This document shows positions 12,501-25,400 of a DNA stretch of 64,000 bases, piece by piece. The stretch spans positions 16,457,651 through 16,521,650 of the forward strand of contig OZ316891.1 of the NCBI GenBank assembly GCA_973895155.1, given 5' to 3'. This DNA is from Marsupella aquatica. Lineage: Eukaryota; Plantae; Marchantiophyta. The position numbers and the translations under genes are program-made. Under the pieces are notes generated by a model, which worked only from the letters and a program-made list of their open reading frames with translations, was not told the DNA's origin and ran no database searches. Numbering within the stretch: position 1 is the first letter of the stretch; every line of letters starts with the position of its first letter.

Positions 12501-13269
12501 AGGATTGCCTATGTGGGTGCAAAGGAACAACAAATGCAAGAACAACCAAAAACCAAGGGGGCGATCACTTACGCATTGAGGCCATGCATTGCCTGCTCAA
12601 TCTTCCTGAATCCTTGTTTTCCAGTTTGTAGAAGAGAGAATCTCACGCAAGGGTGGTAATTCTGCTCGTTAGGATACTCTTCAGCCACTTGTCTCCATGC
12701 ATTCAGGCGATGATTTCCATCAAACACCCAAAACATCTTACCCTTCAAAATGTGAAACTCCTCGTACTCATCACACTCCATCTCAAATTTTGCGTTAGCT
12801 TGTTCCCATAGAGGGTCCCAATCTGCGGAAAATTCAGACATAGAGTGGGTGGCGTTATGCGCATTGGTCTCTGATACGTGGAATTCCAAAAACTTGTCCA
12901 CATACCCATTCTTCACAAAGTCCTTCTTCATCTTGAGAATGGAACTCTGTTGGAGAGTCCGAACTGCCTCCATTGTCATCAAACGACATAGTGGAATCCG
13001 AGGTGGCTCTCTGGGCTTCCCGCTTGGTTAGCTCCAAATGAAACCAAGTACTCCCCAACAATCCCTTCGAATGCACCTTTGTTCAAACGTTCAGCAGACA
13101 CATTTTCAAAGTTCAGAACCTTTGGCTCCAGCTTCATTGTGTGAGTTTCCCGACCACTGGCGGTGCTCTCTGCTGTCTTTGATCTGATCTGCTGACCAGA
13201 CAATGAAGGAGAGGGAGTGGGTTGCTTCCTCTTCCCTATCATTTTCAAACCTCACCAACTACTGAATTG

Positions 13270-13740
13270 CATGAGCACAACTTGCACAACACTTGCACCG
13301 CCCACAGCTCAGTTGCAGCAAGCTCAATCACTGGCAATGCATGGCACAACACACAACACATTCGCACCGCTTGCACAACACTCGCACTCGCACCGCCATA
13401 GGTCACCGCACTCAATCGCACCGCTTCCAGCACTCGCACTCACAATCGCACCGCTTCCAGCACTCGTACCACCACAACTCAGTCGCAACAAGCTCAATCA
13501 CTAGCAGTGGCACAACACACAACACAATCGCACCACTTTCACAGCACTCGCACTCGCACCGCCACAGGTCACCGCACTCAATCGCACCGCTTCCACCACT
13601 CGCACTCACAATCACACCGCTTCCAGCACTCGCACCACCACAACTTAGTCGCAGCAAGCTCAATCACTGGCAGTGGCACAACACACAACACAATTGCACC
13701 GCTTCCAGCACTCGCACCACCACAACTCAGTCGCAGCAAA
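13270..13740. repeat. AC-rich compound tandem repeat (~170-bp higher-order unit) upstream of the ParB-like gene
   Basis: Recurrent CACTCGCAC, AATCGCACCGCTTCCAG and AAGCTCAATCACTGGCA blocks, about 2.5 copies. Confidence 0.85.
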
Positions 13741-13832
13741 CTCCCTATCCCATAGGGTTTTGTGGGTTTTACTGGAAAATAAAAATAAAAATAAAAATAT
13801 TGAGCCTAATCCTTGCTAAACACCTGAAGATG

Positions 13833-14600
13833 GCATCTCGGAGAGCCTCTCCAACATCCCTAAACCCTTCATACCTACGCAAGATGGTATCTTGGAGAGC
13901 CTCTCCAACATGGGTCAAGGCTACATACCTCCGCAAGATGGCATCTTGGAGAGCCTCTCCAAGATGAAACTTGGTGAGATCCGGTGCAAGATCCCGTGCA
14001 AGATCTAATCTCAGAGAGGCTCTCCAAGATGGGTCGAGGCTATATACCTCCGCAAGATGGCATCTTGGAGAGCCTCTCCAAGATGAAACTTGGTGATATC
14101 CGGTGCAAGATCTAATCTCAGAGAGCCTCTCCAAGATGGGCCGAGGCTACATACCTCCGCAAGATGGCATCTCAGAGAGCCTCTCCAAGATGAAACTTGG
14201 TGAGATCCGGTGCAAGATCTAATCTCGGAGAGCCTCTCTAACATGGGTCAAGGGTACATACCTGCGCAAGATGGCATGTCGGAGAGCCTCTCCAAGATGA
14301 AACTTGGTGAGATCCGGTGCAAGATCTAATCTTGGAGAGCCTCTCCAAGATGGGTCGAGGCTACATACCTCCGCAAGATGGCATCTCGGAGAGCCTCTCC
14401 AAGATGAAACTTGGTGAGATCCGGTGCAAGATCTAATCTCGGAGAGCCTCTCTAACATGGGTCGAGGGTTCATACCTTCGCAAGATGGCATGTCGGAGAG
14501 CCTCTCCAAGATGAAACTTGGTGAGATCCGGTGCAAGATCAATCTCAGAGAGCCTCACTAACATGGGTTGAGGCTTCCAGATGGCATCTGAGAGAGCCTA
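13833..14600. repeat. Palindrome array 4 (intergenic), 107-bp dimer unit
   Basis: Palindrome alternating with spacers GGGTCGAGGCTACATACCTCCGCAAGATGGC and GAAACTTGGTGAGATCCGGTGCAAGATCTA; period 107 (14222, 14329). Confidence 0.95.
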
Positions 14601-14659
14601 ATGGACACCCTAAACTTGCTGTCAAAGGTTCTTGGATGTTCAACGAGGGAAGAATATTT

Positions 14660-15120
14660 GTAACAATTTTTACGCTTGGTCTGGGCGATAAGGTACTCTG
14701 ACAAAACAATCTTGACATATTCAACAAAGAAAGAAGCGAGTCTAACAATTTTTACACTCTGTCTAGGCGGTAAGGTACTCTGACAAAACAATCTTGACAT
14801 TCAACAAAGAAAGAAGCGAGTGTAACAGTTTTTACGCTCGGTCTGGGCAATAAGGTACTTTGACAAAACAATCTTGACATATTCAACAAAGAAAGAAGCG
14901 AGTGTAACAGTTTTTACGCTCGGTCTGGGCGATAAGGTACTCTGACAAAACAATCTTGACATATTCAACAAAGAAAGAAGTGAGTGTAATAGTTTTTACG
15001 CTCTATCTGGGCGGTAAGGTACTCTGACAAAACAATCGTCACATATTCAGAAAGAAAGAAGCGACTCTAATAGTTTTTACGCTTTGTCTGGGCGATAAGG
15101 TACTCTGAGAAAACAAAGTC
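14660..15120. repeat. ~82-bp tandem repeat, about 6 copies, between the divergent MULE genes
   Basis: TTTTTACGCTCGGTCTGGGCGATAAGGTACTCTGACAAAACAATCTTGACATATTCAACAAAGAAAGAAGCGAG repeated. Confidence 0.92.
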
Positions 15121-15234
15121 ATAAGAATGAATAGCAGTTTTCACATACTGTTTGCTGATTAAGTTACGCTCTTGAGAAACAAAGAGGAATTGAGCAAGCC
15201 GGAAAGGCAATAACATCCCTTACATGAACGAGGT

Positions 15235-18200
15235 TGTGATGCCTAGCCAGGAATCATTGGGCTAGTTTAAGTGGAAAAGAGAAGTGTACCCTAGAAACAC
15301 CTTAGTATAGTTACAAAAATAAGGAAAATATAAACAATTAAGGGTGACTCTGGAACCCGAGCTGAGGCCGGAAGTAAGGACGCCAGGGGAGAGAACACGA
15401 TTAGGGTTAGGGCACGCTAAGTGCCGGCGGCTAGGGGTAACCAACGGGAGGGAGAACCAGAGGAGGAGAGGGGTAAGGACCGCTCGCGAGGAATAGTGGC
15501 TCATTTGCAAGCACGAACTGGGCAGGCGACTACGGGCGGCCAACTACTGTCAACTGCTTAGGCAAGCGCTTAGGGTGGGAACAGATACCGACTATCAACT
15601 CGAGAAGGGTATGAGCAACATCAATCAAGCGGCACATTTTTGGGGATGCCTGTTCGAACGGGCAACTGAGTACATTGGGACTTATGAGGACGAAGAATCG
15701 AAGAGAGCAGCTCAAGAACGACAGGAGCTCGCCCGATTGTGGGAGCTACAGAAAGCTGCCTTCTTAGGAGGAGAACTCATCAAGGCTGAATTCCTGTGGA
15801 CACCTACTGGCAACGAGCTAGACGACCTGCTATTTTGCGAAGATAGAGTCGTCGGCATCCGAGAAGCCATCAAACGCTGCAACGACATACACTGGGAGTT
15901 GAAGGGTAGCACGGAGGGGTGGACAAAGGCAACCGTGCTAGGAGAGACATCCACGGGAGCCGAGATGAAGAGGAAGGGGAACAACAATGAAGAGGCCACC
16001 CCAGCAAAAAGAACGAGGTCGACGGCACCAAAGAAGCCAGCAGAACAGCAGAGCAGGAGGCAGAGAGAAGCCGAGGAGGAGGAGGTCAACCCCATCAATG
16101 CCATTCCAACAAACGATGACACCTGGAAAGGCTGGGCGGCGACCCTACCAGAGGAAGTGCAATTACACTTTGCACGGGAGGAGGATGCATGCTTTACAGC
16201 TATGCAGACCAAGAAATACCAAGGCTTCATGGCCGGATCCGGCTTGGAAGCCTTCGTAAGATTACCACGGCTGAAGCCGGAGGTGCCGGACTCAGACTTG
16301 TTAAAATCCGTGGGATCATGGGAGTCCAAGACCAATTCCACAAGGGTGTATGGGAAGGATTTCTATCTCACTCCCCGGGTGATTGCTGAAGTGTTTGGCT
16401 TGCCGATGGGTAATAAGACCAAGGTTGATACCAGGAAGACCTTACCTGACAAGGAGTTTCGGTCGTTCCTAGGACCATCAACAAAGAATGGCTTCTTCCG
16501 GAACACCTGCACCAACCCGCACATTGGAGAGATGATCGATTTCTTGCGGGTAACCATGCACTGTAACTTGCCGAGGGCAGAGATCGGCAAGGCTCAGGTC
16601 TACCTGGAAAAAAGGCCAGACCGGGCCCAAGCCGGGATTACAACGGGTACCTCCTCAACCAACTGAAGAAGATCTTGAAGGAGGAACAGCAGGTGATCGG
16701 CGTGGGAAGCGTGTCCCGGCTTGGCTATCACATGCCGCTGTTGTGCCGGTATGCCAGAAGTCAAATCTTTGCCCCAGTACTTCCCCTATCGGCAAGAGCA
16801 CCGGAGGAGGTCCCGGAGCAGAGGCCGGCAACGGAGAAACCCAACCCGCCCGACAGTCCTACAATCGAGCAAGTGTTTAGGCCAAGGACGGAGGACTTGC
16901 CGATGCAGCAACCAGGCATGCAGAATCTGCTGAAATTGCTGGAGAAGGAAAAGAGAACGGCAACGGCAACGGCAACGGCACCAATGCAGGACACTGCTCC
17001 AGAGGTGGGCCTAAGCCGGCTTACAAGGGAAAACCCCTTTACTGGGGTCAAGGAGAGAAGGAGGCCGGAACACGAGCCGGGAGTCCGGATGTATGTCGGA
17101 GCCTCAAGTCCCGAAGCCGAGGAGAAGCAGGCCGTAGCTCCCGGCCACGACAAGGAGAACAAGAGATCAACATGGAAGCCGAAGGAGGAACCAAGACCGG
17201 TGAGAGGTGAAGTCGTGTTCACGACAAAACCAGGAGAACAGTGGGAGAAGCCGGTAGTCCAAGCCGAGGAGGAGGCGGTAGAGGACTACAGCAATGATGA
17301 CTCCGGCTACGGGTCGGATCATCATGTTCCAGGAGTAAGGACCTGTGGCCGGTTCATCCCCACGCTCCCAAGAGTAGTTCGAGGAGACCCGAGCCAGCAG
17401 AGCAGCCCCGAGTCTCCCCCACCAGATGTCGCTCCCCCGAGCTTTGACGGCATAAAACAAACGGCGCAGGAATTTCAGGAGCGAATCAGGGAGGAAGAGG
17501 AGGCAGCCCTGGCTAGGGAAAAGGATTTACCAGGAGGAGAATGGCCAGAGGACATCAGGCGGCTTGCAGAAAAACGAAGCATCCCTCCAGCCACAATAGA
17601 AAAGATCCGCAAGGCGGCTTGGGAGCACAGGCCGCGGTGGATGATGCCGATGACTTCTACTTCCTCCACCTATGCTAAAAATAGAGCCATGGAGTACGGG
17701 GAAATGTGTGGAGAGCAAGCGCTCAGCATCTTTGGGGAAGAGTTGGAGCAAGGACCCTTTTTTCAGAGGGAGATGTTGGAGAAGTGCCAATTAGAAGAAG
17801 CGGTGGCTTTGGAAAGAAGCAAGAAGGACGAGGTCATCCGTCGGCTCAGGGCAAGGGAAGCCGAAATCAAAGACCTGAGGGCGGCCAAGAAAGCCCAAGA
17901 TGAGCTACGGATTAAGCGGCATGAGCTAAATATCATGCAGGGCCAATTGGATACCGCATAGTCTGATAATCGGATTATCGAGAATAAATTGACTCGAACC
18001 CAAGAAGAGTTGGCCGATGCGATCAAGGAGCGAGAGAAGTGGAAGCGAGAGCTGAGGGATGCAAAGGAGGCCCACATAACAGCCAACAACCGGGCCAGGG
18101 CGGAGACCCAAAGAAGGGAAAGGGCATTGAAGGGGGAGCTCGAGGTTATCCGCGGAGCCCTTGAGAAGAAGGAGGCCGAGTTAGGGAAATCCTATCAAGG

Positions 18201-19978
18201 GATTATTGCGCTGCAGCAAGAGCTTGCATCCCTGACGGCCAGCTTCAAGGCCGACCTGCGTGAGAAGGACAATATGCTCGATCAGACTTATGCCAAGATG
18301 AACCAGATGGAGTCTGTCATCATTGCAGAGCTTGACAAGGAGTTAAGAGCAACCCGGGAGGAGAGAGCTACGTTTAAACAGGAATTGGAGGAAGCCCAAA
18401 AGGAGCTGGAGGAGGCGCGCAAGGACCTGGACGAAGTGCAGGAAGAGTTGGAGGAAAGCACGCGGAAGCTAGAGAACTTACAACGACGAGCCGACAACCA
18501 AACGGAGCGGCTGAAGAAACAAGCCGCAGTATTTAAGTGCTTGGCTTCATCAGGGCCAACTCAAATTGAGGCCACTAAGTTACCAGGAGTGGTACTGGCC
18601 GAAGGACAAGCCGCGCCATTTGCACTAGTGCCGGAAGTAAGTGGGAAGAGGAAGGGGCCAGCTGCCGAACCAGAAAAGAAGAAGAAGTGGAAACCTTCAG
18701 GGTCAGGGAGTAATACGGCTCCACAGGCCATGGTGACCAAGGAGGTAAACCCAGCACCGACCTCGGGCAGGGTTACGGCAGAGGATCCAACTACCCTAGA
18801 AGAAGGGGATGACAAAGCCGAGGCCAGGATACTCGGTAATGAAGCCGAGGTACCCAATCCGCCATTTGAGTGTGCAGGGGAGGCCGTAGCCGTGGCTGAG
18901 GCCGTAGCCAAGGCTGATGTTGAAGCCGATGCCGTTGCCGGGGGCGGACCCAATCAGGCCGATGGAGAGTTGACTCAGTCAAGGGCAGGTAATCTGTCAG
19001 AGAACAAACCTACGGCAATGGCTGAGGTGGAAGCGTTGGGGGCGTCCACTGAGGAACAGACACCGCTGCCATGACGATGGTGGAGGGCTGCTCCTTTCAA
19101 GGAGGGTGGACGTGGAGGGAGGAGGCGTGAGTGGGCAGGGCGGGCTCAAATCTCTAAGTTTAGGATTAGGATCAGGACCAGGAGGCAGCCCTGACACTTA
19201 GCTTAGTAGGATTGCGGTTCCACTGGTAAGAGCAACACTTGTACTCCTGCCTTGCTGTACATAGGTAGATTCAGTTAGGTAGATTAGGCTTACGCTGCAA
19301 GGAATTAGGCGGATCCACTACCAGGATAAGTACCTGGGCAGCGGGGAGCTCAGGGCCTCTTCTTTAGCAAGTTTTTAGTTGCACCAGCCGGGCTGGGATC
19401 AAGTAGTAAGAGAAGCTCTCGGTTAGTCATACAGTGACCCTTGTGTATATTCATGTTTCCTCATGCCTAAGAGCTAAATAGAGTTGGCCTCACGGCTTAG
19501 TTCGCAGAGCTTGTGTATGAGATGTACTGTTTGTATGGCAAGTGCATGGTATGACTCAGTCAGAAGGAGTCATTTTGCTATTTGTGTGTCGCATTAACTT
19601 GTGTGAAGAGTGCCCACATCAACTAATAGAGGAAGGAAAGTAAGCAAGGGAGTGAGAGTTGGATGTGTCGAGCTGAGAGAGGTCTTAGCGGCTTAACCAA
19701 GCCTATTGGGGATCATTCCGGCGGCGGAATCCAAATATACCTAACAAGATGGAGGGGAAGACAAGGGAAGGCCTAGATTAGGCTGGCTACGTATCTCATG
19801 ATCCAATGAAGGATCTGTCCAATATATGCGTGTAAAATGTTAATAGTAGTAGTAGAAGGAGGTTAGTAGCGTCCCATGGCACTAAGCCGCGGAAACGGCC
19901 TCGCCAAGCACGAAACCCGCGGGAATCGGCTTGTGAAGGGGGGTTTCTGGGGTTTAGGGAGCCATGGGACGCACCACA
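15235..19978 (+). mobile_element. Giant LTR family X, full length (~4.74 kb)
   Basis: TGTGATGCCTAG...GGACGCACCACA; ORF pieces 15575-16666, 16675-17961, 17989-19074. Confidence 0.93.
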
Positions 19979-22350
19979 GCTTGGGAACAAAGGCTGCGGT
20001 GGATGATGCCGATGACTTCTACTTCCTCCACCTATGCTAAAAATAGAGCCATGGAGTACGGGGAGATGTGTGGAGAGCAAGCGCTCAGCATCTTTGGGGA
20101 GGAGTTGGAGCAAGGACCCTTTTTTCATAGGGAGATGTTGGAGAAGCGCCAATTAGAAGAAGCGGTGGCTTTGGAAAGAAGCAAGAAGGACGAGGTCATC
20201 CGTCGGCTTAGGGCAAGGGAAGCCAAAATCAAAGACCTGAGGGCGGCCAAGAAAGCCCAAGATGAGCTACGGATTAAGCGGCATGAGCTAAATATCATGC
20301 AGGGCCAATTGGATACCGCATAGTCTGATAATCGGATTATCGAGAATAAACTGACTCGAACCCAAGGAGAGTTGGCCGATGCAATCAAGGAGCAGGAGAA
20401 GTGGAAGCGAGAGCTGAGGGATGCAGAGGAGGCCCACATAACAGCCAACAACCGGGCCATGGCGGAGACCCAGAGAAGGGAAAGGGCGTTGAAGGGGGAG
20501 CTCGAGGATATCCGCGGAGCCCTTGAGCAGAAGGAGGCTGAGTTAGGGAAATCCTATCAAGGGATTATTGCGCTGCAGCAGGAGCTTGCGTCCCTGAAGG
20601 CCAGCTTCAAGGCCGACCTACAAGAGAAGGATGACCAGCTTGACTAGACTTATGCCAAGATGAATAAAATGGAGTCTGAGGTCGTAACGGAGCTCGACAA
20701 AGAGCTAAGAGCAACCCAGGAGGAGAGGGCTACCTTCAAGAAGGAATTGGAGGAAGCCCACAGGGAGCTGGAGGAAGCCCAGAAGGAGCTGGAGGAGGCG
20801 TGCAAGGACCTGGACGAAGTGCAGGAAGAGTTGGAGGAAAGCACGCAGAAGCTGGAAAACTTACAATGGCGAGCCGACAACCAAACGGAGCGACTGAAGA
20901 AACAAGTCGCAGTATTTAAGTGCTTGGCTTCTTCCAGCCCAACTCCAATTGGGGCAACCAAGTTACCAGGAGTGGTACTGGCCGAAGGACAAGCCGCGCC
21001 ACTTGCACCAGTGCCGGAGGTAAGTGGGAAGGGGAAGGGGCCAGCTGCCGAACCAGAAAAGAAGAAGAAGCGAAAACCTTTTGGGTCAAGGAGTAATACG
21101 GCTCCACAGGCCATGGTGACCAAGGAGGTAAACCCAGCACCGACCTCAGGCAGGGTCACAGTAGAGGATCCAACTACCCTAGAAGGAGGGGAGGGCAAAC
21201 CCGAGGCCGGGATACTCGGTAATGAAGCCGAGGTACCGAAACCACCACTTGAGTGTGCAGGGGAGGCCGTAGCCGAGGCTGATGCCAAAGCCGATGCCGA
21301 TGCCGAAGCCGAGGGTGGACCCAGTCAGGCCGATGGAGAGTTGACTCAGTCTAGGGCAGGTAATCTGTCAGAGAACGAACCTACGGCAGTGGCTGAGGAG
21401 GAAGCGTTGGGGGCGTCCATTGAGGAACAGACACCGCTGCCATGATGGTGGTGGAGGGCCGCTCCTTTCAAGGAGGGCGGACGTGGAGGGAGGAGGCGTG
21501 AGTGGGCAGGGCAGGCTCAAATCTCTAAGTTTAGGATTAGGATCAGGACTAGGAGGCGGCCCTGACACTTAGCTTAGTGGGATTGTGGTTCTACTGGTAA
21601 GAACAACACTTGTACTTCTGCCTCGCTGTACATAGGTAGATTCAGTTAGGTAGATTAGGCTTACGCTGCAAGGAATTAGGTGGATCCACTACCAGGATAA
21701 GTACCTGGGCAGCGGGGAGCTCAGGGCCTCTTCTTTAGCAAGTTTTTAGTTGCACCAGCCGGGCTGGGATCAAGTAGTAAGAGAAGCTCTCGGTTAGTCA
21801 TACAGTGACCCTTGTGTATATTCATGTTTCCTCATGCCTAAGAGCTGAATAGAGTTGGCCTCACGGCTTAGTTCGCAGAGCTTGTGTATGAGATATACTG
21901 TTTGTATGGCAAGTGCATGGTATGACTCAGTCAGAAGGAGTCATTTTGCTATTTGTGTGTCGCATTAACTTGTGTGAAGAGTGCCCACATCAACTAATAG
22001 ATGAAGGAAAGTAAGCAAGGGAGTGAGAGTTGGATGTGTCGAGCTGAGAGAGGTCTTAGCGGCTTAACCAAGCCTGTTGGGGATCATTCCGGCGGCGGAA
22101 TCCAAACATACCTAACCAGAAGGAGGGGAAGACAAGGGAAGGCCTAGATTAGGCCGGCTACGTATCTCATGACCCGATGAAGGATCTGTCTAGTATATGT
22201 GTGTAAAATGTTAATAGTAGTAGTAGAAAGAAGTTAGCAGCGTCCCATGCCGCTAAGCCGCGAAAACGGCCTCGCCAAGCGCGAAACCTGCGGGAATCGG
22301 CTTGTGCAGGGGGGGTTTCTTGGGTTTAGGGAGCCATGGGACGCACCACA
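19979..22350 (+). mobile_element. 3' half of another family-X LTR, in tandem with the previous copy
   Basis: Begins mid-ORF (GCTTGGGAACAAAGG, cf. 17617) and ends GCACCACA; the composite 15235-22350 is flanked by GAGGT/GAGGC. Confidence 0.92.
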
Positions 22351-22421
22351 GAGGCATCTCTCGGTAGATGCCACTTGAACTCTCTTGGTGCTCATTTTTA
22401 GTCTTTCTTCAAGTGGTTATC

Positions 22422-25400
22422 ATGGCTGGCCGTGTGAGGATCACGTTTCCAGACAATGGAGACGTTGTTGTGCTAGTGACTGATGGTGTTGTTCGACATA
22501 CACCAGACAACAAATTAGCTCGTCGGTTTGATGTTGAGATTGGGGAGTGGGCACTCTTTGAGGCCGGCGATGTCTTACCATTGATTGAGGCAGACTCAGA
22601 GGAGAGTGGAGAGGAAAGGATATGGCATCTGAAAAGTGAAGTTTCGTACCTCCTTCAGCAGAGGGTGTACTCTGTTCCTCTTACTGAAGTTGGTTTGCAA
22701 TCTCAAACTGGAGAGAAGATTTCAGAGTGGCCGGTAGAGGTAGAGCAAGCCAAATTTCTTGAAAGTGTTGTTGTTGCAATGCTGAAAGGGAAAGGCACTT
22801 CGCGATGTGTAAAGGCTGCCCATTCCATTCTCAGAGTGCATTATCCACAACGAGTCATGACTCTGCCATAATGGTCTGATGGGGATTGCATTTTTGAGCT
22901 CCCCCCATTCACAGGTATCCACACAAAGGGTGCCTTCTTCTTGGGTATGGAGCGGAGAAATGACTGCTACTTGTGGAGCAAGCTCATCGAGACAGGGGCC
23001 CAAATTGGACCCAACCTAAACAAGGGAGGCTTCAAGTATAAGATTGGGAATGTGAGATGTCTGGGCTCTTTGCAATGTCCACATTCAGATTCTCCGGCTT
23101 TTACAAGTAAGAATGAGCGCAATTGCACAGAATGGCAGCGAGATAGGGGTGGGAGAAATGAGTTTCCATTTCTTGTTGGGCAACTAGTTCCAGCAGAGAG
23201 TGTGATTTGCGCCTTTTGTGATCGGCCTCCTAAGTGTATAGCCAAGTGTCCAACCAAAATGTTCTACATCACTCCAACCTCTCATGACCATTACATTTAC
23301 AAGCACATGACACATGTTGCTATGCATGTTGGGAGTCACTCACATCCGGCCAAATTTGTTCTCAAGAAAGATCGAAAAGCGTTCTTACATAAGTTGATGG
23401 AAGAGAAATTGAAGAAGAATCCTCATGCAATGCCGTCTGTGATCAAGAGTGACACAATTAAAGCTCTAAGGGATATTTTTGATGACAAGGTTGCTGGGAT
23501 TGTCACATTTGAGGAAGCACGGGATCTGAATGAAACATTGGCGATCCTATCAAATTGATCAGTTGTAAGATCTATGATACAGAGCATACGCAAGTATACC
23601 CATGCCTCATCCGACCTCCAAGTCATCCTTGATCTTAAAAAAAAACAGTGTTTTCATTTGTCCAGAGCACTCTATTTCCAAACCAGAAGCTAGATACAGA
23701 TGAGCGCCCACACATTTTCAAGATGACTGTAAAGAGTCTAGGGTCTGGAATCGATCTCATTCAAAGGATGTAGCCTGGTAGAGATCTACAAGACTCATGG
23801 ATGATGTTTGATGTCATGCATTGGATGACTGAGAAGCAATGGTGCACAATGTCAGCTCATGTATACGACCACCTATACAAAGGTCTTTGCACAATTTTTG
23901 TATGCGAGCTAGTTTCGGAAGATACTGCTGCACTACAAACTGCATGGAAGGCCATGAAGCAAGTGTCTAAGGCAAATGGGCTTGACAATGTTACGTTTTA
24001 TGGGTTCATTGCCGATAATGCTACAGCTAGGTGGAATGCAGTTTGAAACACATTCTGGGATGGAAGAGTTAATTCTCAAAAGGAGCGATCTGATGCATTT
24101 CACTGGGCGCAATCAGTGGAGAAGATGACAAAGAAATGCATTCTTCCTGGCAAAGCAGTTGAGCATAAGGAGCTTCTGGATTCATTGAGGGACGCTGCCA
24201 ATGTGGTTCTTGCATTTCGGACTTTTGAGAAGATGAAGGATTGGTGGAAAAATGGGAATGCAATCAAAGGAAAAACCAAGTCAATGGAGACATGGCTTTT
24301 GTGGTGGATTGTGTGGTTCTCCTAGTGGGGAAACTTTATTTGCTGGTAAGTCTATGAATTCTTAGTAATATTCCATCTTGGAGAGGCTCTCCAAGATGAT
24401 TAATCTTGGACATGTCAGAGAGCTTATTTGAGAACAACAAATTGGTCTTCTCGGAGAGCCTCTCCGAGATGGAACATATGGGTAATCTTCGAGATGGAAG
24501 ACGGGTCATCTCAGAGATCCTCTCCGAGATGGAAGAGGTGGGTCATCTTGGAGAGTCTCTCCAAGATGGAAGAGGTGGGTCATCTCGGAGAGGCTCTTCA
24601 AGATGAAAGAGGTGGGTCATCTCGGAGAGCCTCTCCAAGATGGAAGAGGTGGGTCATCTTGGAGAGCCTCTCCGAGAGGAACATATGGGTAATCTTGGAG
24701 AGCCTCTCCGAGATGAAAGAGGTGGGTCATCTCGGAGAGCCTCTCCAAGATGGAAGAGGTGGGTCATCTTGGAGAGCCTCTCCCAGATGAAACAAATGGG
24801 CGACTAGGAAGACATGTTAGAGAGCAAACTTTTGTTTTGTAAATATATGGTTCATCTTAGAGAGGCTCTCCGAGATGGAACACTGGTCATCTTGGAGAGC
24901 CTCTCTAGGATGGACCCCGTTGGACATGTTGCAGATGTACAAGATGACTCATGTACATTTTTTGGTAATACTCTTTTCTTTGATTTTTGTGTAGGACATG
25001 GACAGAACTAAGTCTGCATTGATGCTGAACCATAGCGGGGCAGAATCCATGCATGCCGCGATGCGCGGATGGTCTTCCACAACAAAGATTGGGATAGTGC
25101 AATCTTGTATAACAGATGCAACCCGTGCATCAAATCAAATTGGTGCCCTTGTGAACTACACGACCCACAAGAGGAAGGGCCGTGGCCCAAGCCTCTTTGA
25201 ACTTCGTCTCTGAGATGCCAGGATGGTTGGGAATGTTAAGAGTTTCTTCCCAAAGTTAAATACGACAATGACTCAACCGGAGATGGTTGAATATGCTTTG
25301 GGGGACCCAATTCTTGGTGACTATGAAACTCAACGAATGTCGGCGCGAGGCAAGGTTCCAGCTAATGCTATTGCAGTAGAAGACTCCCACCGCAATGATG

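Larger units (their letters stand above)
8014..13242 (-). pseudogene. Multi-exon gene: ParB/Srx-like N-terminal domain plus degenerate N4/N6 (beta-class) DNA methyltransferase-like domain
   Basis: FWVFDGNHRLNAW (ParB DGxHR motif, ~12700); CDMIFVQLGTDY...LLTNDGFLCI (motif IV/VI region, ~10000-10140); IEHITSLGDIIFSWNVHFGAIYKAANNCGRLVFGME (motif X-I-II region, ~8230-8340). GT-AG introns at ~12162-12572, ~10776-10883 and ~9254-9846. Stops at 11287 and 10282, frameshift at ~13040. Confidence 0.7.

Noticed and set aside
13293-13967. 224-aa His/Ser-rich ORF
   Set aside because: Product of an AC-rich tandem repeat that lacks stops; no domain signal.
6081-14542. Repetitive ORFs (SRRGSPRW / ISERLSEM / YLREALRD peptides)
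   Set aside because: These are translations of the palindrome arrays; they appear in all frames on both strands.
15397-15412. Telomere-like TTAGGGTTAGGG in the LTR 5' region
   Set aside because: Only two units, within the coding frame (RLGLG); too short to support a function.
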